A DNA stretch of 64,000 nt from positions 9,251-73,250 of the forward strand of contig DALYHV010000001.1 in assembly GCA_031970715.1 (NCBI GenBank). Reading direction: 5' to 3'. The notes beneath the pieces are model-generated. The model saw only the letters and a list, made by a program, of their open reading frames with translations, searched no databases and was not told the DNA's origin. The position numbers and the translations under genes were made by a program. Source of the DNA: Gallionella sp. (lineage in GTDB: Bacteria > Pseudomonadota > Gammaproteobacteria > Burkholderiales > Gallionellaceae). Shown in pieces: positions 9,451-22,497 of this stretch. Position 1 is the first letter of the stretch, and each line of letters begins with the position of its first letter.

Positions 9451-10080
9451 TTATTCCTTCCCTTCTTGAGCGTCAGCCACAGGTTTTTCCACGGCCATCT
9501 TTACGATGCGCACGCGATCCTTGGCCTTGACGGCAACCTGTTCGGCAATGTTTTGCGATTTCACGCCGGTGCGGCGACGCAGGGTCAGGGCAATGGCGGC
9601 CACCATGGCGACCAACAACAGCACCGCAGCCAACTCGAACGGATACACGTAATCGGTGTAAATCAAACGGCCCAATTCCTTGGTGTTGCTGTAACCCGCT
9701 GGGTGTGTCACCGCTGCGGTAATGGTGTCGGAGGTTTGACGAGAACCCAGTACCCATACCATTTCAAACACCATCAAACCCGCCAAGCCGGCCCCAAACG
9801 GAAACCAGCGCCAGAACCCTTCGCGCAGACGCACCAGATTGATGTCCAGCATCATCACCACGAACAGGAACAGCACCATCACCGCGCCGACATACACCAG
9901 CACCAAGGTGATCGCCAGGAACTCGGCTTCCAGGGTCATCCAGATGCCCGCCGCGCTACAGAACGCCAGCACTAGGAACAAGGCCGCATGCACGGGATTG
10001 CGCGACGTAATCACGCCCACCGACGCGAACACCGTCAGTGCCGCAAACAGGTAAAACACAACGCTCAGAAAACTCATCAT
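9451..10080 (-). CDS. nuoJ: NADH-quinone oxidoreductase subunit J
   Basis: 209-aa membrane ORF between nuoI and nuoK. Confidence 0.92.
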   Translation of the reverse strand: MMSFLSVVFYLFAALTVFASVGVITSRNPVHAALFLVLAFCSAAGIWMTLEAEFLAITLVLVYVGAVMVLFLFVVMMLDINLVRLREGFWRWFPFGAGLAGLMVFEMVWVLGSRQTSDTITAAVTHPAGYSNTKELGRLIYTDYVYPFELAAVLLLVAMVAAIALTLRRRTGVKSQNIAEQVAVKAKDRVRIVKMAVEKPVADAQEGKE

Positions 10081-10106
10081 TTGCCCTTTTCTAATAGTGT
10101 GGGTGA

Positions 10107-10595
10107 TTAGCGGAACTTGGCGTCCGCTGCACGATCCTTGGCAATCTGCGCTTCGTGCTTGTCGCCCACCGCCAGCAGCATTTCCTTGGTGTAGTACAAG
10201 TCGCCGCGATTTTCACCGTGGTACTCGAACACGCGGGTTTCCACAATGGCATCCACCGGACAGGATTCTTCGCAGAAACCGCAGAAGATGCACTTGGTCA
10301 GGTCGATGTCATATTGTGTGGTGCGACGCGAACCATCTTCACGCTCGGCCACTTCAATCTTGATCGCCAACGCGGGGCAAACGGCTTCGCACAGTTTGCA
10401 ACCAATGCAACGCTCTTCGCCATTCGCATAACGACGCTGGGCATGCAGACCACGGAAGCGGTGGCTTTGTGGGGTCTTTTCTTCCGGGAACTGCACGGTG
10501 ATCTTGCGGGCGAACATGTAGCGCCCGGTCAGGGCCAAGCCCTTGACCAACTCGTACAGCAGGAAGGTTTTAAAGAAATTGGTAATCTTTTCCAT
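10107..10595 (-). CDS. nuoI: NADH-quinone oxidoreductase subunit I
   Basis: 162 aa with two 4Fe-4S ferredoxin motifs, [12 protein letters not shown] and [12 protein letters not shown]. Confidence 0.95.
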   Translation of the reverse strand: MEKITNFFKTFLLYELVKGLALTGRYMFARKITVQFPEEKTPQSHRFRGLHAQRRYANGEERCIGCKLCEAVCPALAIKIEVAEREDGSRRTTQYDIDLTKCIFCGFCEESCPVDAIVETRVFEYHGENRGDLYYTKEMLLAVGDKHEAQIAKDRAADAKFR

Positions 10596-10610
10596 ATTGT
10601 TCTCCAGCCC

Positions 10611-11639
10611 TTACCAAATCCAGGCTTTTGTTTGCATCCAGGCACCCACCACCACCACCCAGACGATGGAAATGGGAATGAACACTTTCCAGCCCAAGCG
10701 CATCAACTGGTCGTAGCGATAACGGGGGAAAGTCGCCCGGAACCACAGGAACAGGAACAGTACGAAGGCCATCTTGCCCAGCAACCAGACGATGCTGTCC
10801 GGCAGGAAAGGGAAGGGGGATACCCAGCCGCCCAGGAACATGATGGCGGTCAGCGCGGCAATCAGAATCATGTTGGCGTATTCAGCCAGGAAGAACAGCG
10901 CGAACGCCATGCCGGAGTATTCCACGTGGAAACCCGCCACGATTTCGGACTCACCTTCGGCCAAGTCAAATGGGGCACGGTTGGTTTCGGCCACGCCTGA
11001 AATCAAATACACCAGAAACATGGGGAACAGCGGAATGAAATACCAGTGCCAGAAGCCGCCGCTTTGACCTTTCACAATGTCGCCCAGATTCAGGCTTTGC
11101 GCCGCCATCAACACCGTTACCAGCGCGAAACCCATGGCGATTTCGTAAGACACAATTTGTGCCGCCGAGCGCAGCGCACCGAGGAAGGCGTACTTGGAGT
11201 TGGAGGCCCAACCGGCGATGATCACGCCATACACGCCCAGCGAGGTCATGGCCAGAATGTACAGCAGACCGGCGTTGACATCCGCCAGCACCAGTTCGGC
11301 ATTGAACGGCAACACCGCCCAAGCCGCCAGCGCAGGCATCAGCGACATGATGGGGCCGATGATGAACAGCGCTTTGTTAGAGCCGGTGGGGATGATGATT
11401 TCCTTCATGAACAGCTTGACGCCGTCGGCCAGCGGTTGCAACAAGCCGAAATAACCCACGCGGTTCGGGCCAATCCGTACTTGCATCCAGCCGATCACCT
11501 TGCGTTCAGCCAAGGTCAAATAGGCCACGGCACCCATCAGTGGGCCGACAATCAGCACGATCTTCAGCAGATTCCACACCACGACCCACAGCGGGCCGAA
11601 CAAGCCTTGTCCGAAATGTTGAATTGTTTCCAGCATCAT
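10611..11639 (-). CDS. nuoH: NADH-quinone oxidoreductase subunit H
   Basis: 342-aa ND1-like membrane protein ([16 protein letters not shown] block). Confidence 0.95.
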   Translation of the reverse strand: MMLETIQHFGQGLFGPLWVVVWNLLKIVLIVGPLMGAVAYLTLAERKVIGWMQVRIGPNRVGYFGLLQPLADGVKLFMKEIIIPTGSNKALFIIGPIMSLMPALAAWAVLPFNAELVLADVNAGLLYILAMTSLGVYGVIIAGWASNSKYAFLGALRSAAQIVSYEIAMGFALVTVLMAAQSLNLGDIVKGQSGGFWHWYFIPLFPMFLVYLISGVAETNRAPFDLAEGESEIVAGFHVEYSGMAFALFFLAEYANMILIAALTAIMFLGGWVSPFPFLPDSIVWLLGKMAFVLFLFLWFRATFPRYRYDQLMRLGWKVFIPISIVWVVVVGAWMQTKAWIW

Positions 11640-13957
11640 GCACGCTCCACAGTAATCGTCCCCAACATTGCACCCAGGGCAGAAGTTGCTTCATGTCCAG
11701 CGGCTACGCGCACGGCTTGCAGCGGCAAACCTTCGTCGGCGACGGCGGTCAACACAGCTTGTCCATTACCTTGCGACACCTTGACCGCTTCACCGGCAGA
11801 CAGGCCCAGGCTGGCCAATGTTTGCGGATGCAGGCGGGCGGCGGGTGCTGCGCCATCCGGGGTTTTGTGCACGGCCACGGCGCGCCGTACCACGGCATCG
11901 GTGCTGTAAATCGGCACATCGCTGACACGTTCCAAGCCGTTGCTGGCGATGGTGGTGTCCACGGTGATGCCGCTGATGCGGTTGTTGAGGCGGGCGGCGA
12001 GGTCGCCATTGCCCAACACGTCATCACGCACGGCTTCGGAGCTGTTGTAGTCAAATCCGGCCACGTCCAGCAAATTGCCCAGCACGCGCAGTACCTTCCA
12101 GCCGGGGCGGGCTTCGCCCAGCGGCTTGACAGCGCCCTTGAAGGATTGTGCCCGGCCTTCGGTGTTGACGAAGGTGCCGGAGGTTTCGGTGAACGGCGCG
12201 ATGGGCAGCAGCACGTCGGCATAATCCACGGCGCGGTGTTTGTAAGCCGACATGGCCACCACCAGATCGGCTGCTTGCATGGCTTGCAGCGCGGCTTGTG
12301 GGTTGTGCATGTCCAGCTCTGGCTCGACATTCAGCAGCAGGTACGCCTTGCGTGGGCTGGCCAGCATTTGTGCGGCATTCAGGCCATCCTTGCCGGGCAC
12401 GGCACCGGCGATATAACCGCCGACGCTGTTGGCTGCTTCGCCCAGATAGCCGAAGGTGGCTCCGGTCAACTCGGCGATTTGCTGTGCCAAAGTGGCCAGT
12501 TGGGCGGCTTGGGGATGTTGTTGCGCCAAGTTGCCCAGTAACACCGCGCCTTTTTGTCCGCTCAACAGGCTGTTGGCAATCGCTAGTGCCGCAGGGGAAA
12601 CTTCCACGTTGACCGCGACATTCGCGCCCTTTGCCGAGGCAACGGCCTTCAGCACTTGCGCCAAGGTGTTGACCATGGCGGACGGTGCGACGATGGCTTG
12701 GTTGGCCACCGGCATCAGCAGGTCGTCGGCGCTGGCATGCAGCACGTTGGCTTGCGCGCCCTTCTTGACGGCAGCGCGGATGCGTTGCGCCAGCAGCGGA
12801 TGATCTTTACGCAAGAAACTACCCACCACCAAGAAGCGGTCGCGGCTGTTCAAATCGGCAATCGGCATGCCCAGCCAAGGTGCCCCGGCGGCTTGTGCGT
12901 CGGCACTGAAATCAGACTGGCGCAGGCGGAAATCGACGTTGTTGGAACCCAGTCCGCGCAGCAGTTTTTGCAGCAGAGCCAGTTCTTCCAGTGTGCTATG
13001 GGGGGTTGCCAGTGCGGCGATGTGTTCGGCACCGACGCCATTGGCGATTTGGCGCAGTGCGTTGGCGATGTATTCCAGCGCGGCGGCCCATTCAACTTCT
13101 ACCCATTGGCCATTTTGCTTCAGCATGGGTTTGGTCAGACGGTCAGCAGCGTTCAGGCCTTCGTAGCTGAAGCGGTCTTTGTCCGAAATCCAGCATTCGT
13201 TGACGGCCTCGTTTTCCACGGGTGTCACACGCAGCACTTGGTTGTTCTTGATGTGAATCGCCAGATTGGCCCCTACGCTGTCATGCGGGCTGACCGACTT
13301 GCGGCGGGACAATTCCCACGAGCGGGCGGTGTAGCGGAACGGCTTGCTGGTCAACGCGCCCACCGGGCACAAGTCGATCATGTTGCCGGATAGCTCGGAG
13401 GTAATCGAGCGATTAACGAAGCTGGTGATTTGAGCGTGTTCGGTGCGGAAGGCCATGCCCAGTTCCATGATGCCGGCCACTTCCTGGCCGAAACGCACGC
13501 AGCGGGTACATTGGATGCAGCGGCTCATTTCCAGGGTGGAAATTAGCTCGCCGACTTCCTTGGGCGAAATCACGCGTTTTTCTTCGGTGTAGCGCGCGGC
13601 GCTGGCACCGTAGCCCACGGCGATGTCTTGCAATTGGCATTCGCCACCTTGATCGCAAATCGGGCAATCCAGTGGGTGGTTAATCAGCAGGAATTCCATC
13701 ACGCCTTGCTGGGCCTTGACCGCCATATCGGAGCGGGTCTTGACCTTCATGCCTTCGGCCACGGGCGTAGCGCAAGCGGGCAAAGGCTTGGGGGCTTTTT
13801 CCACTTCCACCAGACACATGCGGCAACTGGCGGCGATGGAAAGTTTTTTGTGATAACAGAAGTGCGGGATATAAATCCCCGCTTGTTGGGCGGCATGGAT
13901 CACCATGGAACCACGCGCTGCCTCAACTGCCTTACCGTCAATTTCGAGTTTAATCAT
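11636..13957 (-). CDS. nuoG: NADH-quinone oxidoreductase subunit G
   Basis: 773 aa. N-terminal Fe-S motifs [36 protein letters not shown] and [10 protein letters not shown]. Confidence 0.95.
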   Translation of the reverse strand: MIKLEIDGKAVEAARGSMVIHAAQQAGIYIPHFCYHKKLSIAASCRMCLVEVEKAPKPLPACATPVAEGMKVKTRSDMAVKAQQGVMEFLLINHPLDCPICDQGGECQLQDIAVGYGASAARYTEEKRVISPKEVGELISTLEMSRCIQCTRCVRFGQEVAGIMELGMAFRTEHAQITSFVNRSITSELSGNMIDLCPVGALTSKPFRYTARSWELSRRKSVSPHDSVGANLAIHIKNNQVLRVTPVENEAVNECWISDKDRFSYEGLNAADRLTKPMLKQNGQWVEVEWAAALEYIANALRQIANGVGAEHIAALATPHSTLEELALLQKLLRGLGSNNVDFRLRQSDFSADAQAAGAPWLGMPIADLNSRDRFLVVGSFLRKDHPLLAQRIRAAVKKGAQANVLHASADDLLMPVANQAIVAPSAMVNTLAQVLKAVASAKGANVAVNVEVSPAALAIANSLLSGQKGAVLLGNLAQQHPQAAQLATLAQQIAELTGATFGYLGEAANSVGGYIAGAVPGKDGLNAAQMLASPRKAYLLLNVEPELDMHNPQAALQAMQAADLVVAMSAYKHRAVDYADVLLPIAPFTETSGTFVNTEGRAQSFKGAVKPLGEARPGWKVLRVLGNLLDVAGFDYNSSEAVRDDVLGNGDLAARLNNRISGITVDTTIASNGLERVSDVPIYSTDAVVRRAVAVHKTPDGAAPAARLHPQTLASLGLSAGEAVKVSQGNGQAVLTAVADEGLPLQAVRVAAGHEATSALGAMLGTITVERA

Positions 13958-13974
13958 GTTCGCTCACCTGTGCG

Positions 13975-15243
13975 TTACACCAAGCAACGCTTGTGTTCAA
14001 TGTGGTATTCAAACTCGTCGCGGAAATTACGCAACATCCCCTGTACTGGCCACACGGCGGCTTCGCCCAGCGCACAGATGGTGCGACCGGCGATATTGCC
14101 GCCTATGCTCAACAGCAGATCCAAATCTTCCGGGCGACCTTGGCCGTGTTCGATGCGATGCACGATGCGGTACAGCCAGCCGGTGCCTTCGCGGCAGGGC
14201 GTACACTGGCCGCAGGATTCTTCGTGGTAGAAGTAGGACAGGCGCTCCAGCGCACGCACCATACACACCGTGTCATCCATGACGATCACCGCGCCGCTAC
14301 CCAGACCGGAACCGGCCTTCTGGATGCTGTCATAGTCCATGGTCAAGTCCATCATGACTTCGCCACGCACCACTGGCATGGAGGAACCGCCGGGAATCAC
14401 CGCCTTCAGCTTGTGCCCGTTGCGCACGCCACCGGCCATTTCCAGCAATTCGGCAAATGGAGTACCCATCGGTACTTCAAAATTGCCGGGATTGTTGACA
14501 TGCCCGGACACGGAGAACAGCTTGGTGCCGCCGTTGTTGGGCTTGCCGATTTCCAGGAAATTTTGCCCGCCGTGCTTGATGATGTACGGGATACTGGCAA
14601 AGGTTTCGGTGTTGTTGATGGTGGTGGGCTTGCCGTACAGACCGAAGCTGGCGGGGAAGGGCGGCTTGAAACGTGGTTGGCCCTTCTTGCCTTCGATGGA
14701 TTCCAGCAAGGCGGTTTCTTCGCCGCACACGTAGGCACCGTAGCCCAGATGGTTATGCAGGTCGAACTCAAAGTCCGAACCCAGAATATTTTTGCCCAGA
14801 TAACCGGCTGCACGGGCCTCTTCGCAGGCCGCTTCCATGCGCTCGTAGGCTTCAAAAATTTCGCCGTGCACATAGTTATAGCCGACCTTCACATCCATGG
14901 TGTAAGCGGCGATCGCCATGCCTTCGATCAGGCTGTGCGGGTTGTAGCGCAGAATGTCCCAGTCCTTGCAGGTGCCAGGTTCGCCTTCGTCGGTGTTGCA
15001 GACGATGTAGCGGTCGCCAGTCAGATTGCGCGGCATGAAACTCCACTTCAGGCCGGTGGGAAAACCGGCACCACCGCGTCCGCGCAGGGCAGATAGTTTG
15101 ACTTCGGCGATGATGGCTTCGGGCGTCATTTTTTCGGTCAGCACCTTGCGCAGGGCTTGATAACCGCCCGCCTTCAAATAGGTTTCCAGCGTCCAAGGCT
15201 GGTCATATTCGCGGGTAAATTGGGTAACCTGTCCGTATTTCAT
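13975..15243 (-). CDS. nuoF: NADH-quinone oxidoreductase subunit F
   Basis: 422 aa. [17 protein letters not shown] site and [12 protein letters not shown] 4Fe-4S motif. Confidence 0.95.
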   Translation of the reverse strand: MKYGQVTQFTREYDQPWTLETYLKAGGYQALRKVLTEKMTPEAIIAEVKLSALRGRGGAGFPTGLKWSFMPRNLTGDRYIVCNTDEGEPGTCKDWDILRYNPHSLIEGMAIAAYTMDVKVGYNYVHGEIFEAYERMEAACEEARAAGYLGKNILGSDFEFDLHNHLGYGAYVCGEETALLESIEGKKGQPRFKPPFPASFGLYGKPTTINNTETFASIPYIIKHGGQNFLEIGKPNNGGTKLFSVSGHVNNPGNFEVPMGTPFAELLEMAGGVRNGHKLKAVIPGGSSMPVVRGEVMMDLTMDYDSIQKAGSGLGSGAVIVMDDTVCMVRALERLSYFYHEESCGQCTPCREGTGWLYRIVHRIEHGQGRPEDLDLLLSIGGNIAGRTICALGEAAVWPVQGMLRNFRDEFEYHIEHKRCLV

Positions 15244-15716
15244 TTGTCCAACTCCGCCAGAATCTGGTCAATTTTTTCCGGGGTCAGATGACCGCATAGA
15301 CGTTTGTTGTTGATGGTGGCCACGGGTGCGTCGATACAAACGCCCATACACTCACCTTCACGCAAGCCGATCTTGCCGTCGGGGGTCACTTCGTTCAGGC
15401 CGATGCCTAACTTTTGCTCCAGATACTTGACGGTATCCAGCGCGCCGCACAGGGTGCAAGACAAGTTGGTACACACGGTCAGCGTGTACTTGCCCATCGG
15501 CTTGAGGTTGTACATGTGGTAGAAAGTGGCCACTTCGTACACGGCGATCGAGGTCATGCCCAGATAGGCTGCGACTTCATCAATGGCTTCGTTGGAAATC
15601 CAGCCACGCTCATCCTGTACAAAGCGCAGGGCGGCCATGACAGCGGATTGTTTTTGATCGGCGGGATACTTTTTCAGTTCGCGGTCGATCTGTTGTTGAA
15701 TGTTGGTGGATAACAT
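15240..15716 (-). CDS. nuoE: NADH-quinone oxidoreductase subunit E
   Basis: 158 aa. 2Fe-2S cysteines in [11 protein letters not shown] and [10 protein letters not shown]. Confidence 0.95.
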   Translation of the reverse strand: MLSTNIQQQIDRELKKYPADQKQSAVMAALRFVQDERGWISNEAIDEVAAYLGMTSIAVYEVATFYHMYNLKPMGKYTLTVCTNLSCTLCGALDTVKYLEQKLGIGLNEVTPDGKIGLREGECMGVCIDAPVATINNKRLCGHLTPEKIDQILAELDK

Positions 15717-16969
15717 CAGCGGTCAATCTCCCCAAAAACGATGTCCTGTGTCCCGATAATGGTCACCACGTCGGCAATCATATGGCCGCGCGACATTTCG
15801 TCCAGACCGGACAGATGGGCGTAGCCCGGTGCACGAATCTTCAGGCGATAAGGCTTATTGGCGCCATCCGACATCAGATAAATGCCGAATTCACCCTTGG
15901 GATGCTCCACGGCGGCGTAGGCTTCGCCTGCTGGAATGTGCATGCCTTCGGTAAACAGCTTGAAGTGGTGAATCAGCTCTTCCATGTTTTCTTTCATGGA
16001 CACGCGGCTGGGCGGGCTGACTTTGTGGTTGCTGCTCATTACCGGGCCGGGATTGACACGCAGCCAGTCCACGCATTGCTTGATGATGCGGTTGGATTGG
16101 CGCATCTCTTCCACGCGTACCAAGTAGCGGTCGTAGCAGTCGCCGGTCTTACCCACCGGGATGTCGAAATCCATGAATTCGTAAGCGGCGTAGGGTTGCT
16201 TCTTGCGCAAATCCCATTCGATGCCGGAACCACGCAACATCGGGCCGGTAAAGCCCATGCCCAGTGCACGTTCGGGCGTCACCACACCGACGTTCACCAG
16301 ACGTTGTTTCCAAATGCGGTTGTCGGTCAGCAGGGTTTCGTATTCGTCCACACACGCGGGGAAGCGCTTGGTGAAATCGTCGATGAAGTCCAGCACGGAA
16401 CCACGGCGGTTTTCATTCAGCTTTTCAATCGCGGCGGCGTTGTGAATCTTGGAGACTTCGTACAGCGGCATGCTGTCCGGCAAATCGCGGTACACGCCAC
16501 CGGGCCGATAGTAAGCCGCATGCAGACGTGCGCCGGAAACGGCTTCGTACACGTCCATCAAGTCTTCGCGTTCGCGGAAGCAGTACAGGAACATGGTCAT
16601 CGCGCCCACGTCCAGACCGTGCGCACCCAGCCACAACAGGTGGTTCAGGATGCGGGTGATTTCGTCGAACATGGTGCGGATGTACTTGGCGCGCATCGGC
16701 ACTTCAATCCCGGCCAATTTTTCAATTGCCATCACGTAGGCATGTTCGTTGCTCATCATGGACACGTAGTCCAGACGATCCATGTAGGGCACAGATTGCA
16801 GGAAGGTCTTGTGTTCCGCCAGCTTTTCGGTGCCGCGATGCAGCAATCCGATATGCGGGTCAGCACGTTGCACCACTTCACCGTCCAACTCCAGCACCAG
16901 ACGCAGCACGCCGTGTGCAGCCGGGTGCTGAGGCCCGAAGTTCATGGTGTAGTTTTTGATTTCAGGCAT
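15716..16969 (-). CDS. nuoD: NADH-quinone oxidoreductase subunit D
   Basis: ORF-track 15716..17035. I prefer the ATG at 16969 ([31 protein letters not shown]), which gives 417 aa and an 8-nt overlap with nuoC. Confidence 0.93.
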   Translation of the reverse strand: MPEIKNYTMNFGPQHPAAHGVLRLVLELDGEVVQRADPHIGLLHRGTEKLAEHKTFLQSVPYMDRLDYVSMMSNEHAYVMAIEKLAGIEVPMRAKYIRTMFDEITRILNHLLWLGAHGLDVGAMTMFLYCFREREDLMDVYEAVSGARLHAAYYRPGGVYRDLPDSMPLYEVSKIHNAAAIEKLNENRRGSVLDFIDDFTKRFPACVDEYETLLTDNRIWKQRLVNVGVVTPERALGMGFTGPMLRGSGIEWDLRKKQPYAAYEFMDFDIPVGKTGDCYDRYLVRVEEMRQSNRIIKQCVDWLRVNPGPVMSSNHKVSPPSRVSMKENMEELIHHFKLFTEGMHIPAGEAYAAVEHPKGEFGIYLMSDGANKPYRLKIRAPGYAHLSGLDEMSRGHMIADVVTIIGTQDIVFGEIDR

Positions 16970-17573
16970 AGGTGCATCCCTCATTCCCGTAGTTGTCTTC
17001 ACGCACGATGCGTGGGGTGACTTCGCGTGGTTCAACCGTCACCGGTTGATAGATCACGCGATTTTGTTGCGGATCAAAGCGCATCTCAACGTGGCCGGAC
17101 AATGGGAAATCCTTGCGGAAAGGATTGCCGACGAAACCATAGTCGGTCAGCAAGCGGCGCAGGTCGTTATGCCCGGTGAAGATAATGCCGTACAAGTCAA
17201 AGGCTTCTCGCTCAAACCAATTGGCACCTGACCACAGATCAGTGCAGGAGGGCAGCATGGGGAAGTCATCGTCTTCGGCAAAAATGCGCACGCGCAGGCG
17301 TTGATTGTGACGCACCGACAGCAAGTGATACACCACCGCAAAGCGCGGGCCTTCCCAAGCGCCATCGCCATAAGCGGAGTAATCCAGGCCGCACAGGTCG
17401 ATCAGTTGTTCAAAGTGCAACGGCTCGGCGTTGCGCAGGATCGCCAGCGCTTTCAGGGCATCCTCAGCCCGTACCACGATGGTCAATTCGTTCAGTTTTT
17501 CGTCGCTAGAGAGCAGTGCATCGCCCAGCAGGGCGCTGACGTGCTCACGCAACGCGGTCAAGTTGGCAGCCAT
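16962..17573 (-). CDS. nuoC: NADH-quinone oxidoreductase subunit C
   Basis: 203 aa, 30-kDa-subunit-like, between nuoB and nuoD. Confidence 0.93.
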   Translation of the reverse strand: MAANLTALREHVSALLGDALLSSDEKLNELTIVVRAEDALKALAILRNAEPLHFEQLIDLCGLDYSAYGDGAWEGPRFAVVYHLLSVRHNQRLRVRIFAEDDDFPMLPSCTDLWSGANWFEREAFDLYGIIFTGHNDLRRLLTDYGFVGNPFRKDFPLSGHVEMRFDPQQNRVIYQPVTVEPREVTPRIVREDNYGNEGCTYA

Positions 17574-17581
17574 AGTTCACC

Positions 17582-18058
17582 TTAGCGTGCGATGGTATTG
17601 GTACGTTTGATTTTGTTCTGGAGCTGAATCAGTCCATACAAAAGGGCTTCTGCGGTCGGTGGGCAGCCCGGAATGTAAATATCCACCGGCACGATGCGAT
17701 CGCAGCCGCGAACCACAGAGTAAGAGTAGTGATAGTAGCCGCCGCCATTGGCGCAGGAGCCCATCGAAACCACCCAGCGTGGCTCTGCCATCTGGTCATA
17801 CACTTTGCGCAGTGCGGGTGCCATTTTATTGGTCAGCGTACCAGCGACAATCATCACGTCAGATTGACGAGGGCTCGGACGGAACACGATACCGAAGCGA
17901 TCCAAGTCATAGCGTGATGCACCAGCTTGCATCATTTCGACCGCACAACAGGCCAAGCCAAAAGTCATCGGCCACAGCGAACCCGTGCGGGTGTAATTGA
18001 TAATGGTGTCCAGCGTGGTCGTGACGACGCTTTTTTCCAATACACCTTCTATTCCCAT
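17582..18058 (-). CDS. nuoB: NADH-quinone oxidoreductase subunit B
   Basis: Start moved to the ATG at 18058 (MGIEGVLEK...). N2-cluster motifs [20 protein letters not shown] and PGCPP. Confidence 0.93.
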   Translation of the reverse strand: MGIEGVLEKSVVTTTLDTIINYTRTGSLWPMTFGLACCAVEMMQAGASRYDLDRFGIVFRPSPRQSDVMIVAGTLTNKMAPALRKVYDQMAEPRWVVSMGSCANGGGYYHYSYSVVRGCDRIVPVDIYIPGCPPTAEALLYGLIQLQNKIKRTNTIAR

Positions 18059-18405
18059 TCCAACGCCCCTTTCATCCATTCATAGACAAAACCGACTACC
18101 AGAATTGCCAAGAAAATCATCATGGAAACAAAACCAAACATGCCAATTTCCTTCAGCACGATGGCCCAAGGGAAAAGGAATGCAATTTCAAGATCGAAAA
18201 GGATGAACAGAATGGCGACGAGGTAATAGCGCACGTCAAACTTCATACGCGCATCTTCAAAGGCCTCAAAGCCGCACTCGTAAGGCGATAATTTTTTGCT
18301 ATCAGGACGGTTGGGAGCAACTAAGCGCCCCAAGACGACAGGAATGACACCAACAGCCAATCCGACGCAGATAAACAGCAGCACCGGAAAATAGTTTTCC
18401 AACAT
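18049..18405 (-). CDS. nuoA: NADH-quinone oxidoreductase subunit A
   Basis: Start moved to the ATG at 18405 ([11 protein letters not shown]...). 118-aa ND3-like membrane protein. Confidence 0.9.
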   Translation of the reverse strand: MLENYFPVLLFICVGLAVGVIPVVLGRLVAPNRPDSKKLSPYECGFEAFEDARMKFDVRYYLVAILFILFDLEIAFLFPWAIVLKEIGMFGFVSMMIFLAILVVGFVYEWMKGALEWE

Positions 18406-18500
18406 TTTGCTTCCCCCTGTATGTTTTTGACGATGATTGCTGCATTGCACAGCATCCCGCTTAATTATTTGTGTCTTAAACTGGCGCTGGGCCAGATTAT

Positions 18501-18585
18501 TGGTGCCGATGAGCAGACTCGAACTGCTACGCCTTGCGGCACTACCCCCTCAAGATAGCGTGTCTACCAATTTCACCACATCGGC
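18501..18585 (-). tRNA. tRNA-Leu (anticodon GAG)
   Basis: Reverse complement: GCCGATGTGGTGAAATTGGTAGACACGCTATCTTGAGGGGGTAGTGCCGCAAGGCGTAGCAGTTCGAGTCTGCTCATCGGCACCA. Acceptor stem GCCGATG/CATCGGC. Anticodon stem CTATC/GGTAG with loop TTGAGGG. Long variable arm. T-arm AGCAG-TTCGAGT-CTGCT. Encoded CCA. Confidence 0.92.
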
Positions 18586-18598
18586 TAAAACTCAAATT

Positions 18599-18931
18599 TT
18601 ATTTTGGAATTTCCTTGGATTTGGAATTGTCCACGGGCGCAGGCACAGGTGCCGACTTCTTGATCGCGTTTACTTTGTCCATGACGCCTTGTTGCTGCGC
18701 AGGATGAGACGAAAAATAGGTCAGCGATAAACTGGTCACGAAAAAAACACCCGCAGCAACCGCAGTACTACGACTCAGGAAATTCGCCGAGCCACTGGAG
18801 CCAAACAGGCTGCCGGCAGATCCGGTGCCAAATGCGGCGCCCATGTCCGCACCTTTGCCATGTTGCATCAAAACTAACGCTACCAATACCACGGCGGTCA
18901 GAATATGTACCACCAAAACAATTGTTTCCAC
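18599..18931 (-). CDS. secG: preprotein translocase subunit SecG
   Basis: 110 aa. [34 protein letters not shown] is a typical SecG Gly-rich loop between two TM helices. Confidence 0.9.
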   Translation of the reverse strand: METIVLVVHILTAVVLVALVLMQHGKGADMGAAFGTGSAGSLFGSSGSANFLSRSTAVAAGVFFVTSLSLTYFSSHPAQQQGVMDKVNAIKKSAPVPAPVDNSKSKEIPK

Positions 18932-18945
18932 TCAAAACTCCAAAA

Positions 18946-19701
18946 TCAAACTTGACCTGCGCGACAAATCGCCAGGAACTCTTCAGCCACCAGCGAAGCG
19001 CCGCCTATCAGGCCGCCATCAATGTCCGGCATGGCAAACAATTCTGCTGCGTTACCTGCCTTGACACTACCGCCATACAGTATAACCAATTCTGCGGCAA
19101 TTTGCTGGTTTGCGGCAGCGATGCGCTGACGAATGAACGCATGCACGGCTTGGGCTTGTTCGGAAGTGGCGGTCTTGCCGGTGCCAATCGCCCAAACGGG
19201 TTCATAAGCCACGACCGCGCCTTGCAAGGCTTCAACGCCTGCCAACTGGGTTAGGGCGTCAATTTGTTCGGCGATCACCGCTTCGGTCACGCCAGCTTCA
19301 CGTTGCTCCAGTGTTTCGCCCACGCACAGGATGGGTACGAGGCCGCCTTGTTTGGCAGCGAGGAATTTTTCCGCCACCAAGTGGCTGCTTTCAGCGTAGT
19401 AAGTGCGACGTTCGGAGTGACCAACGATGGCGTAGGTGCAACCAAAGTCTTTCAGCATGGCGGCGGATACTTCGCCGGTGTAGGCGCCTTTGTCCAACTG
19501 GTGTACATCCTGCGAACCCCAAGCGACATTGCTGCCGGACAGGGTGGCTTGTGCTTGGGCCAGATAGGGGAAGGGGGCGCAGAGGGCGCAATCGACGTTG
19601 TTCAACGATGCGGCGCCCTCGCGCACGGCCTGTAACAGGGCGGCGTTTTGAGCCAAATTGCCGTGCATTTTCCAGTTGCCTGCTACCAGTTTGCGACGCA
19701 T
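18946..19701 (-). CDS. tpiA: triose-phosphate isomerase
   Basis: 251 aa. [17 protein letters not shown] and [10 protein letters not shown] signature blocks. Confidence 0.95.
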   Translation of the reverse strand: MRRKLVAGNWKMHGNLAQNAALLQAVREGAASLNNVDCALCAPFPYLAQAQATLSGSNVAWGSQDVHQLDKGAYTGEVSAAMLKDFGCTYAIVGHSERRTYYAESSHLVAEKFLAAKQGGLVPILCVGETLEQREAGVTEAVIAEQIDALTQLAGVEALQGAVVAYEPVWAIGTGKTATSEQAQAVHAFIRQRIAAANQQIAAELVILYGGSVKAGNAAELFAMPDIDGGLIGGASLVAEEFLAICRAGQV

Positions 19702-19942
19702 GGTGATCTGTCCGTTCAGTGTTGAAAAGTGCGCGAATCCTAACCGCTAACCGGAAAATAATCAATTTGAATGAGCAACTTTCTTGCCATGAATTGGAAA
19801 ATTTCCGGCGAGCGGTGGGGTGTGTTTTGTTTTTAATAAGCACCCTTGGAATTATTAAATATTCCGCGCCAAAAAGGTGGCAATTTACGTGTTACAACGG
19901 TGTTTTTTAACGCATGCGGACGCACGACGTCCGCATATCAGC

Positions 19943-20977
19943 TTAGCCGTTTTGCGCTGCCAGTTGCTGGGTCAGCACCACCAGTTGTTCCAAGCGCGCC
20001 TTGGCGGCACCGCTGGCAATGGCTTCGCGGGCCTGTTCCACCCCATCGGCCAGCGTGTCCGCTAGTCCGGCCAAATAGATGCTGGCCCCAGCGTTCAGCA
20101 GCACGATATCACGCGCCGGGCCGGGCTGGTTGTCCAGCACGCCCAGCAGCATGTCCCGCGAGGCTTCTACATCGCGGGCGTGCAAGGTCGATAATTCGGC
20201 GGTTTGCAGGCCGAACTGCTGCGGATGTAGGGTGTATTCGTGCACTTCGCCGTCCTTCAACTCTGCCACCAGCGTTTTGCCGCTCAGGGTAATTTCGTCC
20301 AGCCCGTCCTCGCCATGCACAATCAGTGCCCGGCGGCTGCCCAGACGATGCAGCACCCGCGCCTGTATCCCCACCAAATCGGGATGGAACACCCCCATCA
20401 GTTGCTGCTTGGCCCCGGCGGGATTGGTCAGCGGGCCGAGGATGTTGAACAGCGTGCGCACGCCCAACTCGCGTCGCACTGGCGCGGCATGTTTCATGGC
20501 GCTGTGATAATTCGGCGCGAACATAAAGCCGAAACCGACCTGCGCGATACACTGCGCCGTCTGCGCCGGGGTCAGGTTGATATGAATGCCCAGCGCCTCC
20601 AGCACATCCGCGCTGCCGGATTGCGACGACACCGAGCGCCCGCCGTGCTTGGCCACCTTGGCTCCCGCTGCTGCTGCCACAAACGCCGCCGCCGTGGAAA
20701 TGTTGAAAGTATGCGCCCCGTCGCCGCCCGTGCCGCAGGTATCCACCAGACGCGGATCATCCGCCAGCGCCACCTTGGTGGATAACTCGCGCATCACCGT
20801 CGCCGCCCCGGCGATTTCGCCGATGGTTTCCTTTTTGATGCGCAGCCCGGTAATAATCGCCGCAATCATCACCGCCGACACCTCGCCGCCCATGATCTGG
20901 CGCATCAGCGCCACCATTTCGTCGTGGAAAATTTCGCGGTGTTCGATGATGCGCTTCAAAGCCTCTTGTGGTGTCAT
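19943..20977 (-). CDS. trpD: anthranilate phosphoribosyltransferase
   Basis: 344 aa. [28 protein letters not shown] and GPLTNPAGA motifs. Confidence 0.95.
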   Translation of the reverse strand: MTPQEALKRIIEHREIFHDEMVALMRQIMGGEVSAVMIAAIITGLRIKKETIGEIAGAATVMRELSTKVALADDPRLVDTCGTGGDGAHTFNISTAAAFVAAAAGAKVAKHGGRSVSSQSGSADVLEALGIHINLTPAQTAQCIAQVGFGFMFAPNYHSAMKHAAPVRRELGVRTLFNILGPLTNPAGAKQQLMGVFHPDLVGIQARVLHRLGSRRALIVHGEDGLDEITLSGKTLVAELKDGEVHEYTLHPQQFGLQTAELSTLHARDVEASRDMLLGVLDNQPGPARDIVLLNAGASIYLAGLADTLADGVEQAREAIASGAAKARLEQLVVLTQQLAAQNG

Positions 20978-21543
20978 GGTTTACCCTCCAGAAAATTTTT
21001 CAGCATGGCATGCCCATGCTCGGTCAGAATGGATTCCGGGTGAAACTGCACCCCGTGTACCGCCAGCGTCTTGTGCCGCACGCCCATGATTTCGCCGTCG
21101 TCCGTCCAGGCGGTGACTTCCAGACAATCCGGCATGGTCTCGCGCTCAATCACCAGCGAATGGTAGCGCGTGGCAGTAAAGGGACTGGGCAGCCCGGTAA
21201 ACACGCTGCTGCTGTGATGATGAATCGGCGAAGTCTTGCCGTGCATCAACTGCTTGGCATGAATAATCCGCCCGCCAAACGCCTGGCCGATACTCTGGTG
21301 CCCCAGACACACGCCCAGAATCGGAATTTCCCCGGCAAAACGCTGAATCGTCGGCACCGACACCCCCGCCTCATTCGGCGTACACGGCCCCGGCGACAGC
21401 ACAATCCGCGCCGGCCTCAGCGCCGCAATTTGTTCCAGCGAAATCTGGTCATTCCGATGCACCACCACCTCTTCCCCCAGCTCCGCAAAATACTGCACCA
21501 GGTTGTAAGTGAAGGAATCGTAATTGTCGATCATCAATAACAT
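20974..21543 (-). CDS. trpG: anthranilate synthase component II / aminodeoxychorismate synthase glutamine amidotransferase
   Basis: Start moved to the ATG at 21543 ([19 protein letters not shown]). Catalytic GVCLGHQ and FHPES blocks. 4-nt overlap with trpD. Confidence 0.93.
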   Translation of the reverse strand: MLLMIDNYDSFTYNLVQYFAELGEEVVVHRNDQISLEQIAALRPARIVLSPGPCTPNEAGVSVPTIQRFAGEIPILGVCLGHQSIGQAFGGRIIHAKQLMHGKTSPIHHHSSSVFTGLPSPFTATRYHSLVIERETMPDCLEVTAWTDDGEIMGVRHKTLAVHGVQFHPESILTEHGHAMLKNFLEGKP

Positions 21544-21650
21544 AAACACTCCAAAGGGAAAGGTCGGCTCGAAAATGCCGTGTGCAGCTTTTCCAAGACT
21601 CCCAACAAACGGCAAACGGGCGCGATTATCGCAGCGAGTGGCGGGGGCGT

Positions 21651-22073
21651 CTAATTCATTTGCTGCTCATGCCGCAGCAGCGTACCGGTGAATTGCAGGA
21701 AATCTTCCAGATGCTCGGTAATCACGCTAACCACGATGGGGATGAGCAAACTTTGGTAGTCATGCACGGCCAGATTGCGGAAGCCGACCATTTTTTTCAG
21801 CGATTCCGCCAGTGGCAAGTTAATCCGTCCCGCCTGCGCCAGTAAGTCAAACACTTGGCGCGCACTTTGCGGCAAGCCCAACTTGTCGCGCCGAATCAGG
21901 TGATGTCCCAAATCCAGCGCCGCCTCGCATGCCCGCTGAATGTTCAAAATCGCCGCATCCTGGCGCGAATAATCGGTCGCAAAATTCGCCCCCGCAGCGG
22001 CATACTCCTCGTGCACCCGCGCCACGCAGCGTTCAATGCTCGCTACCTTGTTCAACACCACATCATCGACCAT
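21651..22073 (-). CDS. hepT: HepT-like (DUF86/HEPN) toxin
   Basis: Start moved to the ATG at 22073 ([16 protein letters not shown]...). RX4HXY motif present as RNLAVHDY. Overlaps the upstream nucleotidyltransferase gene by 11 nt. Confidence 0.8.
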   Translation of the reverse strand: MVDDVVLNKVASIERCVARVHEEYAAAGANFATDYSRQDAAILNIQRACEAALDLGHHLIRRDKLGLPQSARQVFDLLAQAGRINLPLAESLKKMVGFRNLAVHDYQSLLIPIVVSVITEHLEDFLQFTGTLLRHEQQMN

Positions 22074-22497
22074 ACACCCTCCCATTTTGCGCAATATCGG
22101 CCAGCAACGCCGCCCGCCCCGCATCCAGCCGGATTTTTTCGCCCAGCACAAAACACTCGAACAACCCGGCTGCGGGTTCGCTGGCCCACAAGCGCTGTCC
22201 TTGCGTTAGCACCTGGTACTGCATCACCGTGGTCGCGGCGCGCAAATCCAGCAAATCGACCTCGCAGCCCAACCGCTCCGCCAATTCGCTCGCCAACGTC
22301 CACAACTGCAACGGCTCGGCATACCCCGCCACCAGCACCGCCAAATCCAGATCGCTATCCGCCCGCGCCGTGCCCTGAATCCGGCTGCCAAAGGCGTAAA
22401 TCGCCAACACCTGCGGCAGGGCATGGCGCAAAACCTGCACCACCGCACCGTTGGTGGACAATGCAGATTCGATAATTTCGATTGTGCAGCGACTCAT
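22063..22497 (-). CDS. mntA: MntA-like minimal nucleotidyltransferase antitoxin
   Basis: Start moved to the ATG at 22497 (MSRCTIEIIESALS...). GS-x10-DxD motif as GSRIQGTARADSDLDL. Precedes hepT as in canonical pairs. Confidence 0.8.
   Translation of the reverse strand: MSRCTIEIIESALSTNGAVVQVLRHALPQVLAIYAFGSRIQGTARADSDLDLAVLVAGYAEPLQLWTLASELAERLGCEVDLLDLRAATTVMQYQVLTQGQRLWASEPAAGLFECFVLGEKIRLDAGRAALLADIAQNGRVYGR

Noticed and set aside
19913-19936. Hairpin ATGCGGACG-CACG-ACGTCCGCAT just downstream of trpD as a rho-independent terminator
   Set aside because: On the trpD (minus) transcript the hairpin is followed by GCGUUAAAAAAC rather than a U-tract; the T-run lies on the wrong side. It may still pause or terminate transcription, but I cannot support the call.
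21544-21650. trp attenuator or leader peptide upstream of trpG
   Set aside because: The sense-strand sequence has no short ORF with tandem Trp codons and no alternative terminator/antiterminator hairpins. The region is simply the spacer after hepT.
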